DNA of 64,000 bases from Macrostomum lignano (Eukaryota). Made by a program: the position numbers and the translations under genes. Positions 60,127 through 64,000 of this stretch are shown here, one piece after another (the first letter of the stretch is position 1; each line of letters begins with the position of its first letter). The notes under the pieces were generated by a model, which was given only the letters and a program-made list of their open reading frames with translations, was not told where the DNA came from and made no database searches. Where the stretch lies: positions 62,001-126,000 of the forward strand of contig NIVC01001196.1 in NCBI GenBank assembly GCA_002269645.1. The letters run 5' to 3'.

Positions 60127-60284
60127 TGGAAGAAGAAGAAATCTAATATATATTAGTATATTAGAATAGGGCTTTTCAATAGAATCACTCTCCAAGGGAC
60201 GCCATCCAAAGAGCGCCATCGCTATCCAAAGGGGAATATTATGCGGCTTAAATTTTCATATTTAAAAATTTAGGCTTTGCTTAC

Positions 60285-60644
60285 CACTGTCAATTTCTCG
60301 AAACCACAATATAAAACCATTCGCATTGGCACTGTCCGTGTTAAGCCGCACTGTGGCCGTGTTTGCAGAGGTTATAATAAGCCCTGAGCTGGGAATAAAC
60401 CATGATCTAGAGCTTCCAGCACTGAACAGAACTACTGAACCGTTTGAGCCATCAAACACTGTCACTGTATCATTTTTACGTACAGAAAGGGACATAAAAC
60501 GAAAGACGATTCTCTGTCCGACAGGAGCGTTTACGTTCCAGTAGCAGTCCATGTTGTTTAAATAAGGACCACTAGTAGCACCGTAGTGACTCTTTATTAG
60601 ACCTCCCCTTTTCGTTGCTGTCACGTTTCCTGTTCCGAGACAAG
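60285..60644 (-). CDS. CUB-domain exon, probably an upstream exon of gene B
   Basis: 360 nt, phase 1-1, TTTTCAG acceptor, GTAAGC donor. Reads CLGTGNVTATKRGGLIKSHYGATSGPYLNNMDCYWNV...GFILWFREIDSG. Its 3' end matches the gene A remnant at 10391-10423. Confidence 0.85.
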
Positions 60645-62708
60645 CTGAAAATAAAGTATTTATGTATAGATGTGAAAACTTTCAACCAGGATCCTATTTC
60701 AGTCATGGATAATTAAATTGGTTCAAGTAGAAGGACGCTACACTCGAAAACTGTGAAAATTTGAATGCAAAAGCGCTAGCATCGTCGAAACGGGAAGTTT
60801 CCATTTGCTCACTGAGCAAGTTTGTGAATTTTCAGTGGTTGTTTTAGGTGTTTTAATGCTATCTTTGTTAAAAATAAGAAAAAATTTTCAAAAGAAAACA
60901 AATAAAAAATATTCTCAGCAAAGCCTTTGCCGTGGACTTTATGATGGGGTGGGGGGGCAAAGCCAAGAGTTCAACCTGTACATGTACATGACTAAATTCC
61001 TACATTTCCATTATTTTGATAATCGTGTTGTCAGACCTCATTTTGGCGCCGCAGGCACTCATTTTGGCGCCGTAGGCGCTATATTTTAACGCCCTAAGGA
61101 AAAATTATTGATTTCAACAACGAGTCACAAGCTAGGTGGGATAGAGGAGGGACAAAGCATTGGCATGTCCCCCAATAGCTTTTACTGGGTGGGACATGTC
61201 CCCCTGCCCCCCCCCCCCCCGGCGGCGACGCACCTGATTTTCAGACATAACAGGAATTAAAAAGTCTCATACGCAACCAGATTAGCCACTCAAGAATCAG
61301 GCGCCGGCTTTTTTTCGGTGCCAAAATGAAGCTTAGAAAAGTATTAGCTGGTACTGGATAGGGACAATGGTAGATTGTCTAGTGTCTTGCAGAGTTAAAC
61401 GACAGGAACACTGTATATAGCGGTGTTTTTTTTCCAGGAAATCAACCTCCTAAAATTTACACGATCTTTGAGTTTTACGTCCTGCTATATACAGTGGTCC
61501 TTGCTTAAACGATGGTCATAGACACTCGTGCGCTACGATGCAGCATACTACTCAAGTGCATTGTCATAATAGTAGATTACCTAGTATGTAACTGGGCTGA
61601 ATAGCTCGTAATGGCCGAATAACGTGCGCGAGTGTTCTGGTGATTATTCAACGAAGTTGCATACTATGTAAGCGCACTGTATATACACTTATGCCTGGCA
61701 CTGATGTCATTATTCCAAACTTTTTACTATAAGATAAAATAATAGCACTACGTATATATTCATTTCCAAAGTACCAAAGCCGTACAATTTCAATTTTAAG
61801 CCACTGGAAAATGAGGAATTTCAGCTTAATTAAAGCTGCAGCAAAACATAAATTATGTGAATTTGAAAAAAATGATGTAATTAGAAGGACAAAATGGTAG
61901 ATGGATAGGTACATTTAGAGTTAATACGTCAGTTTGAGGCAGGTATTCTGACTCTAACTGTTTTAACCCCCCCCCCCCCCTGCGCCGGCCTGGCCTCGCT
62001 TTGGTGGGTTGATGGGGTGCTGGTGCTCTGCGTACAAAATGGTCCTGCACCATGTTCAGCATGGTGGGGGGTGCAAACTCGTCAGGGCTTCGTGGTGGCA
62101 CTCCGTTAAAGGCCTGACGGAGAAAGACCTGAATGCTGAACATGGTGTAGGACCATTGTATAATATGCAAACATGCCTGGTTTCAAGCCTTGAAGGAAAA
62201 ATCACGATGTTGGCGGTGTCAGCTCGTCCGGGCCGCGTGGTGGCACTCCGTTGAAGGTCCCGAAGGTCGCCTGTATGTCTACAGGTCAGCCTAGAGGGTC
62301 CCCATCGTCCATTTCATTCACCGATTATGTCCAATGACTGAATTGTGCATGCAAAAGAGGATTATTCCATTTCGGTTTTGGGAACGCAGCCGTCTCTGAG
62401 ATGCCGATCGGGTGCTTTTGTTGAAGATCTCGACGGTCGCTGCCGATGCTCCAGACGGTGATGAAGGGGACCCTGGTGTCTGGGATGCTGAGAACAAAGG
62501 CCTCTACGACTGATATGAATAGTTTGTTGAGCCGACGTGGTTTCATGAAGAGATTTTGTGAGCAGAAAAATGTTGCCAATGTTGGTGGCTTTTGCCACCA
62601 GACACCCCGAGGAGAATCGTTGAATATCTCGACGATGCCGATTTTCGTGATACTCAAAGTTGCTTCATCGAATAGAGCGGAAAATTTTAGCCCGTTTTCT
62701 GGATTTTC

Positions 62709-63476
62709 ATGACAATTGATTGAATATTTTTGGAGATCCAGGCAAAGGATTATAGAAAAACTGCAGCAGCCTATTCGATTGGATGCTGAAGCAAATTATC
62801 ATGTTTATCTTAATGATTTTACAGGTTGGTCGAATGTTCCCAATGTGGCCCTGGCTAATAACAAATTCTATTACAAATGGAAATATGTGACAGCAGATGT
62901 TATTTCCCTTCCCGTAAGCACACAGGGAGTGGATACTTATAATTACTTCTTGGAAATGTTTTTACTAAGCGAAAACATTTTGAGGCACCGGATCCAAGTA
63001 GACCAGAGAATAAACTGTTCCCTGCTAAACTATCCCATGATCTCACTGTGATGAGAGTTGTCTTACAAGTTCATAAGGATGCTGAGATTGATTTTAAAAA
63101 TGACACATGGTACAGAGAGATGGGTTTAGAAGCAAAAGTTTACAAAGAAGGTTTGTACTTAGCTCCAAATTTTGCCGACATAGTAAAAAGTTTAAATATT
63201 TTAATTCGTAGCAATTTGAGTCTTCATTGGGTCTTAAAAGTTGTACTTTTTAATATTTCAAACTCTGTTGCTGGCGGTCATATGTTAGTGGAGAAACCCA
63301 ATCCAGTGAAGAGAGTTGCTCTGAGTAATAAAGAAATCAATGAGATTGCTCTGAAGTTTGAAACAGAGGATGGAGATGGAGTGGATTTTAATGGTGAAGA
63401 GTTTGCGTTAACGATTGCAATCGAGAGGATGCAATTCACTATACAAGTAGTTAATTTTTTTATGAAAACGCGATGA
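62709..63476 (+). pseudogene. Polinton/adintovirus-like minor capsid (penton) gene, frameshifted
   Basis: Motif order PIRLD..NYHVYL..F..W..VPNV..ANNKFYY / ISLP...Y / VLQV...IDF...MGLEAKVY..G / DI...NILIRSNL / LFNI..SV..GH.LVEKP / INEI.L..E.EDG..VDFNGE...LTI resembles, from recall, the Polinton minor capsid jelly-roll consensus. Frameshifts near 62715 and 62960. Confidence 0.6.
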
Positions 63477-63617
63477 AAATTGGTTGCGGCTTTATACCAG
63501 AATGTACTTGGGTAAAAATCTCTTAATATACACAGGGTTGTGTGCGTGGGGGAAGTATTATTCGAAGGCAAGGAGCATGAAGGAAAAGCTTGGCGGAGAG
63601 AGAAGAAAACGGGTCGC

Positions 63618-63774
63618 TTTCATAAGACCGAAATTTCACATCGTAGAAAACTTAATACAATAAGGAGCATGCAGAATTTTCGGCGTTGTGAAATTTCGGT
63701 CTTATGAAGTTTCGGTCATGTGAAGGGCTCTGTATTTTGAGTTTTCGGCGTTGTGAAATTTCGGTCTTATGAAA
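63618..63774. mobile_element. MITE with 23-bp perfect TIRs and an internal repeat
   Basis: TTTCATAAGACCGAAATTTCACA at 63618-63640 and its exact reverse complement at 63752-63774. Confidence 0.75.
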
Positions 63775-64000
63775 CCCCCCCCCAAAAAAAAACTCTGTCC
63801 TGTGCTACTCGTAAAAATAGCCTTGTGGCAAAAGCTTACCACGTGTGCTAAAATAGCCTAGTGGTAGAAGCGTTCTGTGCGGAAAGGAAATTCGATCGCA
63901 TTGCTACTGGCTTTAATTGCGAAGAGAGACCAAATCGCGAGACCAGATCGTGAGACCAGTTGGTCCTGAGAAGTGGTCTTGGTCTTGGGATTTGGTTTTG

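Noticed and set aside
61490-61683. Possible Tc1-type MITE (TA-CAGTG...CACTG-TA)
   Set aside because: The inverted match is only about 5 bp, which is expected by chance.

Overview
Eukaryotic (animal, probably invertebrate) genomic DNA with GT-AG introns; the species cannot be determined from the sequence alone. The host content is a tandem pair of paralogous minus-strand genes for type I membrane proteins with a multi-CUB ectodomain, a Ser/Thr-rich stalk, one TM helix and a short tail with acidic Tyr motifs. Gene A (13047->3562) can be assembled by hand into a complete in-frame model of about 1018 aa with a signal peptide and 7 CUB exons. Gene B (exon at 60644-60285, then 26353->22539) is 5'-incomplete and appears to carry a ~34 kb intron built from nested mobile DNA. 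That intron holds a BEL/Pao fragment split by a THAP-domain P-like transposon (itself hit by a MITE), a Gypsy element with a -1 frameshift signal, and a ~20 kb head-to-tail array of non-autonomous Helitron-like units. The units carry minisatellites and tRNA-like Pol III cassettes, and one contains a very young TRIM-like LTR element. Also present: a D34D mariner, an intact FLYWCH-MULE with its empty site preserved next to it, two decayed RTE-like LINE copies, several MITEs, and a decayed Polinton/adintovirus-like minor capsid gene near the right end. All coordinates, motifs and splice models were read by eye; no database searches were run.
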